This document shows positions 1 through 13,900 of a stretch of DNA of 64,000 nt, piece after piece. The first letter of the stretch is position 1. Every line of letters begins with the position of its first letter. Below the pieces are notes generated by a model. That model was not told where the DNA came from. It made no database searches and saw only the letters and a list, made by a program, of their open reading frames with translations. Source of the DNA: Trypanosoma brucei (lineage: Eukaryota); contig CP000070.1 in NCBI GenBank assembly GCA_000002445.1, positions 800,001 through 864,000 of the forward strand. The letters are read 5' to 3'. Position numbers and translations under genes: made by a program.

Positions 1-1
1 T

Positions 2-280
2 GGCACTACCACCCAGTTGGATGCGCAGGTGACCGAAAAGATAGAGGAAGCTCTGAAGACAGCACGTGTGTCGCTGAATATGTTAGTTATGAACGTTGTT
101 GCGTGTGCGCAAGAGTCTGAAGCCTGTGGGAACCCTCCTACACTCAGGCAACTATTAGATCTCACCCTCACAACTATTGAGGGTGGAACGAGTGAAGTGC
201 AGAAAGTTTCAAACATGAAGTCACCTAAGTTGGTGAAGAAAAAGAAAGAGGACAAATCCTCCTGTTGTACGGTAATGTGA
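2..280 (+). CDS. 3' end of an upstream gene whose start lies beyond the window; C-terminus is a polybasic stretch followed by CaaX box (..KLVKKKKEDKSSCCTVM*), i.e. a probable prenylated protein of unknown family
   Basis: The frame is open from nt 2 with no stop, and the track start at 17 is a TTG. The stop is TGA at 278-280. The terminal CTVM fits the CaaX prenylation consensus and is preceded by KKKK. The body shows no recognisable family motif. Confidence 0.35.
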   Translation, partial: GTTTQLDAQVTEKIEEALKTARVSLNMLVMNVVACAQESEACGNPPTLRQLLDLTLTTIEGGTSEVQKVSNMKSPKLVKKKKEDKSSCCTVM

Positions 281-1916
281 AATTAACATTAGACTCTTCA
301 CTCTTTGAACAATTATTATTATTATTATTATTTCAAATTAATCGGTGCTGTTATCAGTGTCAGAAGTCGTTTTTTTTTTGCAGTTTTTTCTTCTTGGTTT
401 TCCAGCGAGCGCGATAGGGCAGTAGAGGTTTGCGTGCGTACGTTCTATCTTTCGTTTCAACATTGTGCAAAGTTTGGTGTGTTTTTTGCGGTGGGCACAA
501 CTAATATTATTCACGTTGCCGAGAGAAATTAAAGGAAATGGTTCCTGTAATCGGTAATTCTCAGCGCGGAGCGAAGTTGTGCTGCTGTCCAACTTTTACT
601 TTTTCCTTCTCCGTGTGTGGGTCTGGGTGAGTATGTTACGCAAGGTAGTGGGAATATCGATTGTGGTAAGTTGTTTTATTCTTCAATCGTTCACTTCCCA
701 CCACTATTTCGCACTCACCCGCTTACTGTCGTAGCGATGTCTTATAAAGCAGCGATCGTGTTTTTTTTTTTTTCGTACCACACTGTGACGCGAAAAATGT
801 CCTCTTTGCCGTTGTTTTTCCTTTTTTTTTTTTCAGAGTCTGCGGGAAGTCGTGGGGCGCAGTGGTGGGTTGCCTTTGAAATTTTAGAATATGAAACCGT
901 GAATCCGCGGCTTCGTTATTTTCGTACGTATACGTGTACATACGTGTACATGTCTACATATGAGAAACATCGAGTAACGTTGAATTATTCACATGTTTCT
1001 CTTGTCTCATTGGGTGTGAGAATAACGGCGCCGCGCCACAGAGTTGTCACACCTGTTATTTGTTCCGTGATGCTGCCATTTTTGGTGTGCATCCCCTCTC
1101 CCCTCCTTTCCCTCCCTTTTGTTTGTTTGTTTCATTGACTTTCGATTCGTCGTCACGCGTTTCTTTCCTTTCATCCCGTTACCTCTTCTTGCCAACATTT
1201 ACGGAAAATATCGTTGGCGTTTCGTTTCGATCGCCTTAATTTTCTTTACTTCTCGTTCCTTTTCTTTCCCTTGAATCGTGATAAGCGGTGAGCGTCACTA
1301 CAGTTTAGTTGGTGATGAAAGGAATATCATTTGACCACATTCCGCCAACTGATGTTGTGTGTTGTTTTCTTTCTTCTTTTCCTGCCGCCGCCATACTTGT
1401 GTGTAGCGGTGGGTGTTTATTTGTCTTTTCTTCGTTTTGTTTTGTTGCCGTTGTTTACATGATTTCAAACAGGTGTTGGTCGAAATGTCGTCGCCATGCA
1501 CGGAAGGGTAGGACGAGGAAAAAGGTTGTTTTGGTGGTGGAGTGGAATATTTAGTTGGACATGGGTTGGCAACTTATTTCGGTTTCTGGTAAGCTGCTAA
1601 AGAAACCAACTTCTCGTGTCGCTGCTTGCCTTTATTAGCTCTTGCCCTCTGTCACTCACCTTTTCCTGTCGTTGTGCTCTATCATTCCTATCTCTACTGT
1701 TGCTGTTAGTTTTTATTTATTCGGCTATCATCTGTTGGTAATCCGCGACGCATAGTTAAATTTTGATGTTGTTGTTTTGTGCAGTAATTTGTGTACATTT
1801 AGCGCTTGGGCTATGCTTGGACTGCTCTTTCTTTCTTTTTTTCCTCGCTTCGTATCAACATTTAAGACTTTCTGCTCGCTCTCATCATATATTATCTCGC
1901 CTAGTTTGTTTTGCAG
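281..1916 (+). promoter_or_regulatory. Intergenic region with long polypyrimidine tracts: inferred polyadenylation and trans-splice acceptor zone upstream of the dynein gene
   Basis: T-rich and CT-rich runs occur at about 360-380, 760-830, 1085-1300 and 1820-1850. Their role is inferred from known trypanosomatid mRNA processing; no site has been mapped. Confidence 0.4.
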
Positions 1917-4900
1917 ATGATGCGGCAGGAAAAGGATAAACAGTTATGTTTGACTGCCGATGAACTTCTTGCAAGTGATGTCGTTGATTGTATTTCCTCC
2001 ATGATGCGTTCCGCAACAAAACCGCAAGTGCGTGAAGCCCTACAAGGTGTTGAACACGAAAAAAATGGTACAGCATTGCACTTGGTGGTTTGTGAGTACA
2101 CACCAACACAAAACCTGAATAATGAAGAAGCGGCGACTACGACGTGTGTTGTAGCGGCCGAAGATCTTACAACTGTTTTCTTTCGTCTGATGGCTACCGT
2201 GTCGCGTGGCGTTACCTCACCAAAATATATGGGGACTGGGCCGATGACTGAAGGTTCTAAAAATGTGGATGGTGGTTCGAGTATGGAAACAGAAGGAGCG
2301 GCCGCACTCCCTAGGGTAACTCGCTGTGTATTTATTACCTCTGCCAGTGGTGGTAACAGCGCGGAAGATATACGGAACGCACCGTCTTCACCGCGCCCCG
2401 CCCCACTGACTCTGTCTCAGTTAAACGTCCATGCGATGGAAATGGATCAACCACTTGGTGATCTGCAGTCACTGCTTCAGCGTGTGTATGAACCCGTGCT
2501 ACGCCAGAGGCGTGAAGATGCGTTGCGTTACAACCTACAGGAATTTGTGAATTCTATGCAGTGTCGTTACCATTTCCTCACGCGGGTGAATCTTATGCAG
2601 TTTGTACATCCCAAGTTGTTGACTGTATGTAGCGTCAATCCTACAGCAGACCTTCATGAACTCGTCGGACTGCTCCACGAAGAAGGTGACGATGTCGATC
2701 TGGATGACGTGTTTGCTATTTGGAGCCCGTGTCGTAATTTGTTGAATGTAGCGTTCGAAGCCGATACCGCTGACGATGGAAATGCCGCAAGGCCCCAAGT
2801 CATAAATCTTAGTGAGGTTGTGGGTGGGGCTCCCCATCATGGAAGTTGTATCGGTGACAACACCAGCCGAAATCATGGCAACAATAATAATGGGGGTGTT
2901 CTCGAGGAGGTTTCGTACTGGCAGGAAGTTCGTCAGTGGATTAACCATATTCGGCGCCAGTTACGCAGTCGCGAGTGGCGCCTCGCGCATTATTTGCTCC
3001 GCCACCGTGTGCCGACGAGCTATGAAAGAGAGTACGAACTCCATAGCAAGCTTGCACATTCGTATGAACAACACGCAAAGGGAGTGCTGCAGTTGCTTCC
3101 ACATATAAATGATGTTAACGATATCACAACTTTCTTAGTAAACGCCTTGCGAATCATCGAGGCGGCTGCACGACCCGGCGCCTATCCGCGAAAGCGCTGC
3201 ACACACTTCGTGAATTGTGTTGTTCACAACATCATGGAACAATTTGTAGCGCTAGCTGATGGTTTGGACGTGTTACACATTCAGCCAGCAGAGAAGCAGT
3301 TGCAGAAGATTGGCGAAATGATGAAGGCCATTGTGGAGTTGCAGCGTTGCCTTGTGGACGGTGTGTTGTCCGCACGCATCGATCAACGGGATGTAGAGGG
3401 GACGACCGTCACTGAAACAAGAAACAGTAGTGTGGCAGGTCAGTGGTGCACGGAGGTGAAGAATCTTTCGGGCTTCGGGCGGTGTTCGTTGCTCCTCGAA
3501 CGAATGAAGCAATTGAAGGATTTTTTGAATGAGCACTTTCACTACTATCGGACGCTGGCGCAAACCTTCGCAGAGGGAGGTGGGAGTGGAAGCACCACCA
3601 CTTCTTTCTGTAGGCATCTGGCGGAAGCCTACAGCCGCTTTACAGCGGACGTTGTTGAGCGCGGTTGTTTGTGGGATGTTTCCCCTACTGGTGCGGGAAA
3701 ATACCAGCGGATTCGTGATTCATACAGTAGCCGGGTTTCCCGTATTGACGACCGACTTGCATTGCATGTAGGAATATCGCTTTCAAACGAGCAAGAAAGA
3801 GACACTTACAACGTCACCACTTCCACTGTGAAGGCAAACACGAGTACGGAGGCGAAAACCTCAGACCCAAGAAGACCAGCAAGGGGACGAGTCGACGCGC
3901 CCACAGCAGGGGGCTCCCCGCTGTATCGCGCCTACTCATGCTTCTGCGTTTTCAGGCGTGAGAAGGTATTGGCTGTCTTGGCGAGTTTTCGCACAGCTCT
4001 TCGTGAGCAGATTGACCGAGAGATTAACGACATTTGCGAGGAGTACTTTGGCAAAGAGAGTTGTCCCCACATCGTCCGTGCAACCGTAGCTCGACTTGGC
4101 GTAACGGAGGACGTTGGGCGTATGTTGTGGGAAAGATCTCTTCAACGACAGTTGGAAACTCACATGGAGCGCCGTGAGGAGATTTCGGAGCATGGCTGGC
4201 GTCAGCTACTGCTTCTCCGCACTCTTGAGCATCGCTGGTGCCTTAACGAGTCATTAGCACGTTTTTTTGGGGCCCGATTGCAAGACCTTGTTGTAGAAGG
4301 TTTTGCTGCAGGGTCAGAGGTGCACGGTACGGCATATGCACTTGCTTTCCTTAGTTTGGTGCACTCAAAGAATGAACTAAGGTGGTCGCGTGATCCTCAT
4401 ATTCAGAGCGCGCGGCAATATCTGGATGAAAATAGCCCACAATCTTTGGAGAAGGCCAGACTGCGCTTGGTTCTCCTTCGCAAGGGTTCTTCGTGGGGTA
4501 GCAAACAATCGGAGCCGTGGGACGTGCTTAACTTCCGCGATAGTATCGCGCAAAAGTTGAACGAACATGTCGAACGGTGGTGTAATATCGTGCAGAGTAA
4601 GTTTTTGCATGTGGACATGGTGGAGGAAACAATGGCAATGAAGGGACCTTTCTTAAGGTTATCATATGTAGAAAGAGGCGTTGGTACGGCCGGTGGTAAC
4701 AGTGATAAAAATAATAATTTCCATAGAAATAACGAAGGTAATATTGATGGTGTTTCCCGGGGAGAACAAGTGCTTGTGCCGAATATCCCACAGGAAATGT
4801 ATGCCTTTCTGCGTGACTTTTATACATTGGAAAGCGTACAGTTGCAGGAGAAGCACAAACAACTGTTCGGCAATATCCGCTGCTTCTTTCTGAAAAATGA

Positions 4901-7900
4901 AGCGCGTTTCCGCATAGCCAACTCCTTCAGGGATCTAACTCGCGTTTTTGAAGAGGCAGTTGGAGATGAGGAGGAACTCATGGCACATCTCATAACAGAC
5001 GAGTACGCGCAGGTGTATGGGTGTCTTGTTGACGGTGCCAAACTCACGTGGTTGGAAGAAGATAAATTGCTGGAGTTTATACAGCGTCTCTCGTGCCGCG
5101 TTTATAATTTTTGCTCGGCCGCGTCGAGTGTGCGAACGGCAGTGGATGATGTAGAGCGCATACTGCAGCAATTGCATAGCCAAACATTCGCTGCGCAAAG
5201 CATCGTGGAGAAGGTAGAAAAGTTGTGCGGAATCGTGAAGCAGTTAGGTTCCGAAGGCAGCAGCAGAGAATGGTACGTGCAACGCATTCAACCACGCCTG
5301 GATGCTGCACTGTTGCTGCAACTGCAGGCCCATCTACACCGATGGACTGTGGAATTTCTGTCAATGGGGCGTGACCCACGCTTCCTTGACCCCGCTTCCT
5401 GTACCGAAGAGTATAAGTTGCGGCCGTTGCGTATTCGCATGCGCGTACTATTTAAGGGAATTACGCTCGCCACACCAGAAGCCGCTTGCCGGTATCATTG
5501 GTTGAATATCCTCAACAATTCCTTCGCGTGGCTTCATGCGATTCCAGCTCTTCACAGCAGCTTCCGCAGATCCAACCACCAGCACCCCACCGCAACGCCT
5601 TTATTTGGTGGCGGCTCCGTCGTGGAGGTGACAGCGGAAACAGTTTATGGGAGGTTGGTGGATTGTCTGAGTTCTGAGGTGCTCGCAGAGCCCATGACCG
5701 CTATTGACAAAAGCATCCAAGAGGCCTTTGATGTGGAAAAACAGTGGAGGCGGGGTCAACAACTGTTGAACCTGGAGGTTGGAGTTCTTCAGCAAAAGCT
5801 CGGTGACGATTTAGTGAAGTGGGAAGAAGCGCTGCGCCATATTCGTGAGTTTGCAGATACATTGATGAACCATACACAACCCAGTACACTTCTTGGTGGC
5901 ATTCTCATCGTCGCCAGTGACGCACAGAAAGAGCTCGGCCGAAAATTAGACAACATGACGCAATATATTAATTCGCGCTACCGAGAGGTGGTGAGTAAGC
6001 ATCTAGAGTTGTGCCATCGTCGTATCACCGAAGAACGAACGGATGTTGAGAAATGTGACGTTATCAACAGTATCGATGACGCCTGCATGTTTATCTGTGA
6101 GCTTCCCACAATTTACACCAAATTAGAGGAAACAGGCAGGAGAATCGCTCCACTTGTTGCCGCCGAGGAGTATTTGAAGAACCAGGGCCTCTCACTACCT
6201 GACTCCGGTGTTTGTGTGAAAAAAGTGAAAGAGGAGCATCAAGCCTACAAGGATCTTATAGCACGGAAAGTGAAGGCGGTTGAACTGCGTCGACCATTCC
6301 TACGTGAAAACGCCAAACAAAAGGGGAAGGGTCTTCAGGACGATGTGGCCGAATTGGAAAAATCACTGGCAGAACTTGACAAGCAAATTCAACTGAGAGA
6401 GCGGCAAGATAAACAGCATCTGGAAGAGCTAGCGGATTCTATGCAAGAACGCTTCTACGACATACAAAAGCAAATTTTGGTGCTAGAAAAACAACATGAT
6501 AGGTTGACACTGCTGTGCAAAGTGTTGGGGATACAACCCGTAGATGAAGTAAGGTTGCAGAGTGTTGCTTCGCGCACGGAAAATCTCAGGTGGGTATTCG
6601 GCCACTTACTAGAGGTGTGCAGAAAACTAAATAGGCTGAGTCAGACTCCCTTTTCTGAGGTGGATCCGCAGCGGTTACATGAGGATATCATATCGCTGCA
6701 GGCTGAGGTGCAGGAATTTCCTCCCGGCGTTCGTGGCCACCCAGCTCATAACGAACTTGTCCAGCTTATTGAAGAGCGCCTGGCGGCTCGCTGGATTATC
6801 CACGAGTTAAGCTCAAGGGCGATGATGCCCGTTGTGCGGGCGGAGCGTCACTGGTCTCTACTTCGATCGAAGCTTGGTACGCAGTGGAAGTTGGAAGAAC
6901 TCACTGTTGGGGATATTTGGCGTAGTGATCCGATGACGCGAGCAAAGATTTACTACGAAGTGTTGGACGTGGCACGAGGTGAGCATCGCTTAGAGACGAA
7001 ACTGGAACAAATAACAGCGTTCTGGAACAATTTTGAGTTTAATACAACAATATACAAAAAGAAACACGTACTGATTCGTGGGTGGGACGCGGTGTTCGCT
7101 CAACTCTCCGATGACATCGACACTTTACAGGGCTTTCATCTTAGTCCCTTTTATAGCGCATCTCACATCGCCGCCAGTGTGACTGAATGGGAGAGTCGCC
7201 TTAATTTGCTTCTGAAAGTACTGGAGGTGCTTATGGGCGTGCAGCGAAGGTGGGTACATCTTGATGGGTTATTTAGCAGTAACGAAGATATCTATCAGCA
7301 GCTATCTAGTGAGGGAATGCAATTTGATAGAGTAACTTGGGAGTTATGGAATCTGATGCCGTATAGATCCTCACCCTTTGGTTCGACCGAGACGGCAGCT
7401 GATTTGGAGAATGTTGTGGTGAGGACGCAGGACTTTCTCGAGGAGAAGCGCCTTCTTTCATCGTTGGAACGGGTAGATGGGCAGTTAACGCGAGTACAAC
7501 GGGCCCTAAACAGATATTTAGATAGGCAGCGCCGCTTGTTTCCACGCTTCTTCTACGTCGGCGATGACGATCTGCTGGAAACGCTTGGCAACAGCAACAA
7601 CGCCACGTTGATTGCAAAGCATCTCCCGAAGATGTTCACCGCCCTCGCACGGCTTATTGTAAAGGATATGGGTGCCAACGGTCAAGGTTCCGCCGGCTCA
7701 GCTGCTGCTGATTTGCATATCGTTGGATTTGCTTGTGAGGAGGGGGAAGAAGTTGCAACGAATCGATCCATACGGTTGGAGGGCCGAGCACTCCACTTGA
7801 CACTCAATGAGGTGGAAATTGTCATGACTCAAACGTTGAGGCAGCTGACGGTATCTGCTGCAGCTTCGTTAGCTGATGCGGGATGTGTAACAACCGAGTG

Positions 7901-10900
7901 GATTGAGGCCTTCCCGCTACAAGTTGTGTGTTTGGCATTTCAGGTTTGGTGGGCGCAGCTGCAAGAACAAGCCTTAGCCACATGGAAGGCGCAGCAGAAG
8001 CGGGAACCTTCCCTTGCAGTGTCGCGGATGGTTTCACTGCTGGACCAACTCGCACTGGAAGTGACCGCCGTGGGTGTTACGCCCTCGGTACGCCGTGCTA
8101 GCGAAGAACTTATCACACTTGCTGTGTACCAGCGAGATGTGTCCCGATTGATCGAGTTGAAGAACGTTACAGCCGCGGAAGATTTTGAGTGGATGCGCAT
8201 CCTTCGCTTGTACGTCGTTGCCCCCGACACCTATTCGAAGAAAGGCGATGCAGCAACTGATGTCGGTCGTCCCAGAAAAAGCGGCGTGGTCTTGGCCAAT
8301 GAGGTCGATTATCCAGAGGTTCACTGCCGTATGGCGGACGCCTCGTTGATACACGGTTTTGAGTACATCGGATGGTATCGGAGGTTGGTGCAGACTCCTC
8401 TGACAGATCGGTGCTACCTGGCCATGACGCAGGCGCTTCACACACGCCTTGGTGGCTCTCCCGTTGGGCCAGCTGGAACGGGAAAGACGGAGACAGTTAA
8501 GTCATTGGGTGCTCAGCTTGGCCGTCATGTGGTTGTATTCAACTGCACGGACACGTTCGACTTCAGCGCCATTGGCAGAATCCTCATGGGACTCTGCCAA
8601 GTCGGTGCATGGGGTTGCTTCGATGAGTTCAACCGTCTTGAAGAATGTGTGCTTTCCGCAGTAGCACAGCAGATACGGTCGATACAAGAAGCCCTCCGAG
8701 GTGATCTGCACAGTGTCAATCTATCGCGGCAGCAGGTACCGCTGAAAACGAATGTAGCACTGTTCATAACCATGAACCCGGACTTTGCAGACCGCTCTCA
8801 GCTACCGGGAAATCTCAAGCAACTATTCCGAACTGTAACGATGGTGGCGCCAGACCGTGAAGCAATCGCTGAAGTAATGTTGTTTGCTCAGGGATTTCGA
8901 ACAGCGGAGTCGTTGTCGCGGAAGGTTGTTCCGTTATTTGACCTTTGCAGGGAGCAACTTTCACGGCAGTCACACTATGACTTTGGTCTTCGAGCGTTGA
9001 AGTCGGTCCTGGTAATTGCAGGCGAAGCGAAACACGCAGACTGTAAGAGGAACGCCGTGCACGTCCCGGAGACTGCCTCCTCCGCAACTGCGGTTGAAGA
9101 CGACAGTAATGTGAACAGCAGGGAATGTGAATTAATGTTAGGTAGTCTCATCAATAACATCGTCCCTCGCCTCATAAGTGAGGACGTAATCTTATTTTAC
9201 CCGTTGCTCCGCGATTTCTTCCCCGGTCGACCTGTTCCTGATGTATTTGAAAGTTTGTTGCGTTCAACCATTGAAGAGGTGTGCCAAGATACCCACTACA
9301 CACCCACCCCAGCCTGGGTGGAAAAAATTTACCAGCTGTACCGCACGAGGAAAACGCGGCACGGTCTCATGCTTGTCGGACCAAGTGGCACAGGTAAAAC
9401 GTCCTGCTGGAAGACGTTACTCCGTGTAATGGCCCGCCTGAGCACTCAGGAGGGTCACAACGACTTTGATGAGGGTGACCTTGCCAGCCCCTCAAGGAGA
9501 AGTCGAGGGAGGCCCCTTGAAGCGCATGCATATGTGATTGATCCCAAAGCCATGACAAAAGCAGAGCTATTTGGTGTGTTTGAGGCAACCACACGCGAAT
9601 GGAAGGACGGTATCTTCACTGACATTTTACGACGTATTGTGAATAATTCACTTGATACTAACAGTACACAGCAGCAACATTGGATTATATTTGACGGCGA
9701 TGTAGACCCGCTATGGGTGGAGAATCTCAACTCTCTTCTTGACGATTCCAAGATATATACGTTACCCAATGGTGAGCGCTTGAGTCTTCCGCCGTCCGTT
9801 CGCATTGTGTTTGAAGTGCAGGATTTGAGGTATGCAACGCCAGCGACCGTTTCGCGATGTGGAATGGTGTGGTTTAGTCATGGTACGGTACCGGTGTCAT
9901 GCTTGCTGAATCGTCATCTCACTACCTTCCTTCGTGCCCCGATGATTGACAAACGGGGTGGAAAGCGCATCGTTGAGGTGTGTGACGATCACGAGGAAAT
10001 GCAATCGCGGTTATGTGGAGGACACTTCACTCTGCACCGTGCCGCAGCCTCTTCTGGAACAACGACGTTAGCATCGACCCAAAGGGAGCTCACCACCTCC
10101 GATGGAGATGTACGCACTTCGAGAGAAAACAATAAGGCGCACGACTCGTTGACAGAAGATGCATTGAACCGTTCTGCACGGAATAGCGAAAACGTTCCCG
10201 AATCCCCGCCCCCACGGACCCCACATTCCTTCGTCAGTGCGGAGCGAGATATACTGGAGTTGCAGGTGTTTATGGTAGGTGTGTGGACCACAGCGTTTGC
10301 GAAAGGGGGACTGCTGGAGCGTGCTTTCGAGATTATTCACACTGAACGTTACCGGGGGCAAGGTATTATGGAGCACAATGACCTTCAAATACTACGTAGC
10401 GTTCAATCCCTACTGTTGGATGGAATATGGAGTATGTGGCAGGTGCGTGAGAAGTGGGGAGCGCTACCTACAGAGCGCGTCGTGAGGAGCTACGCGGAAA
10501 AGCTTCTTAACTACGCGGTATTTTGGGGTTTTGGTGCAGCACTTAACAACGAATTGCGAAGGCAGCTGCTGGATGATATCGGTTTTCAGCTTTTAGGTCA
10601 ACCCAGGGACCTCACCTTGATGGATGTCGAGCCGGATCCCGTCCACGGCACGTGGCGCACTACTCGGGAGCGGGTGCAGCCCGTTGATGTGGACCCAGAG
10701 GATGTTGGCTTCAGTGATGTGATTATTCCAACGGTGGATGCATGCCGCAACAGAACCTTGCTAGAGGCGTGGATTACTGGGGGTGACGCGGTTATTCTCT
10801 GCGGACCGCCGGGATCAGGGAAAACGATTCTGGTTACCTCATTACTACGTGACTCATTCACACACGAGTCGGTGTTTCTGAATTTTTCCAGCGGTACACG

Positions 10901-13900
10901 GCCTGAAAACATCATACGCGCTCTGGAGCAGTATTGCAGTGTCCACAACCATGCTGTGCACGGGCCGATAATGACACCAACAAGTGGCAAAAGGTTGCTA
11001 CTGTTCTGCGACGAGGTAAACCTACCCGCGCTAGATCAATACGGCACACAGCCTGTGGTGCAGTTCCTTCGACAGCTTGTTGAGCGCAAGGGATACTATC
11101 GCAGTCGTGACAATGTATGGGTAACAGTTGAAGGTGTCCAGGTTATTGGTGCATGTAACCCTCCGACGGACAAGGGTCGAGTTTCTTTGTCTCATAGGTT
11201 TCTTCGCTGGGCGCCGGTGCTGTTTGTAGATTTCCCAACTGAGGAAAGCCTACATGTTATCTACAGTTCGTACTGCCGGGCTATGCTTTCTTTCAGTAGT
11301 CGTCTCCAGCGGTACCACCCCAAATGTTTGGCAGCGGCCATGGTTGATGTTTACACCGCCTCACAAAGCCGCTTTAATACGTGGCAGCAGCCACATTATG
11401 TTTACTCGCCCCGTGAGCTAACCCGATGGATACGTGCACTGCGAGGAGCCATACTAAGCTGGAGTGACCAGCAGAGATGTGAGCTCACAGTGGAAGAACT
11501 TGTGCAACTTGCCATACATGAGGGGCTGCGCATCTTTCAAGATCGACTTGTGCAAAATGAAGAGCGAGAGTGGGCACACCGCAAGGTTGTGGAGTGCTTC
11601 GCAAGGCACTTTACAGATGTCACCAGCAGTCCCGCCCAGCCGCCACTGTTGTTTTCTTCAATTGTTAATGGTGTCTACATGAAACAAACAAAGAGTGAAC
11701 TTGTTCAGTACGTTGAGGAGAAAGTGCGCACCTTTTGCGAAGGGGAAGGGGATACCGAACTTGTCGTGTTAGACACCATGGTTGACCATGTGGTGCGTAT
11801 TGACCGTGTGCTTCGTCAACCGTCGGGTCATATGGTGCTTGTGGGGGCTTCTGGTGTGGGCAAAACAATTATTACACGCTTAGTTGCATGGATGAATGGG
11901 ATGTCGGTGTTTCGCATCGACGTGAACCGTGGTTACCAACTGGCGGACTACGAGCGTGACCTCCGCGAGGTACTCCGTCGCGCCGGTTGCGGACTGGAGC
12001 GTATCTGCTTTATATTCGATGATAGCAACGCAATGGAAACAGGCTTTCTCGAGTATATTAATGCACTTCTGCCTTCCGGTGAGATTCCTGGTTTGTTTGA
12101 TGGCGATAAGTGGGCAAAACTCATGGACGATATTCGTGCGAGTGTTGAGGAGCAACAGTCGCTCAAAGCTACTAGCGGGACCACCCAACACCTGCCCCGC
12201 GTTTTGCAGCACCACCAACACGAGCGAGAAGGAAACGAACTTCACAATTCTGCGCGTACGTCACTCTTCGACAGGAGCTCAACTATGAACCGAAGGGATT
12301 TTGGCGCACCCATGACCGGTGGAGGATATGACTTCGACCGTCATCCACTCCTGTTAAATGAAACAGCAGGTCCTATGCTGACTAGCGACTACATCGACAT
12401 TACATCAGAGCAGGTGCTTTACCGCTGGTTTGTTAACAACGTTCGGCGGAATTTACACGTTGTGTTCGTTACTGACCCGTCGACAAAAGAGTTTGCCGAC
12501 CGTGTCGTGACAAGCCCTGCTCTCTTCAACCGGTGCACCATTAACTGGTTGGGGGAGTGGGACCGGACGACTCGGGCGCAGTTGGCGCAGAAGCTCACAC
12601 AAAACATGGATGTAATGTTTTCTTGTCGTGAATCATTCTCAGGTTCAGAGGACACGTCACGGAAGGCGCTTACGGAAGCACTCAGTGCCATTCATGAGGC
12701 TACAGAGGAAGTGAACTCCACTGCTCGGCAACGGAACGCAAACTCAGGCACCTTCATAACTCCACGTCACTTTAGCGACCTTCTACAGCAGCTGAAGTTA
12801 CTCTACGAAGAAAAGAAAGGGCGTTCCATGGAGCAACTTACCCACCTGCGAAGTGGTCTTGCCAAGTTGGCCACTACATCAGAAGAGGTCGGGCAGCAGC
12901 AAACTCAGCTGCGTGAACACGAAGTTTTGTTAGATGAAAGAAGTGCGAAGGCTCAAGCAATGCTGGAGCGCATCGTGAGCGAAACGGAAAGAACGAAACA
13001 AGAAAAGCAAGAGGCTGAGCAGCTGCGACAGCAACTGAAGGAAGAAGAGGACCTCATCCTCGCCGACAGGGCGCGTGTGGAGCAGCAGCTATCGGAGGCG
13101 GCACCTGCACTACGCGAAGCCGAGGAGGGATTGAACAGCATCAAACAAGAGTATCTACGTGAAATGCGTGCATACACAACGCCACCAACCATGGTTAAAC
13201 GCGTGTTGGAGACGGTACTTGTTGTAATGGGCGAAAGGCGCGCGGGTGAATGGGACGTCATAAAACACTACGTTCGTCGTGATGATTTCATTGCCAGCGT
13301 GAAGGCGTTCCAGGCACGTGATGTCACCGAAGAAGCCGTCCAAACCGTACGTGGAATGCTGCAGGAAGATGGCTTCACATACGAGGCAGCGATGCGAGCA
13401 TCAAAGGCCGCCGGACCGTTGCTCCAGTGGGTAACTGCACAAATTAATTACGCCATCGTGTATGCTGCCGTGCAACCGCTGCGGAGTCGCATCGATCAAA
13501 TTACTATTACGCAAGGCGCGAAGCAAGCGCAGTTGGAGCGGACGGAAACGGAGATTAGCACCCTTGAAATGTCCTTGCAGCAACTCAAGGAGGATTACCA
13601 GTCGATGGCGGAGGAGATCGCCACTTGCAAGAGCACGATGGGTGTAATCGCTTCACGCTGTGACCGAGCGACCAAGCTTTTGCAACAACTTTTGGAAGAG
13701 CGGGACCGCTGGGGTGCGGAGTCGCTTGGCTTCGACTCCGAAGTTAGTGTTCTCTTAGGCAATTGCATTCTTGCAGCCGCGTCTTTGACGTACTTTGGCT
13801 ACTTTGACGAATACACACGACAGTCACTGCTACTTCCTGTCTGGGTACAGCAGTTAAAGAATTTTAAAATTCGCTGTACGGAAGAGCATTCCAGTGGCTT

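Noticed and set aside
17-280. Treating the track start at 17 as a real initiation codon, and likewise 1911, 22135, 24704, 26341, 31308, 43655, 46998, 48659 and 52844
   Set aside because: Direct reading shows these positions are TTG or GTG. The track uses bacterial alternative starts, but nuclear trypanosomatid genes initiate at ATG, so I moved the starts to the first in-frame ATG, or for the first gene treated it as a 3' fragment.
281-1916. Several 60-170-aa ORFs in the interval upstream of the dynein gene
   Set aside because: They lie in pyrimidine-rich, homopolymer-rich sequence typical of trypanosomatid UTRs and intergenic spacers. Most begin with TTG or GTG in the track, overlap one another on both strands, and have translations rich in F/L/S/P from T/C-rich DNA.
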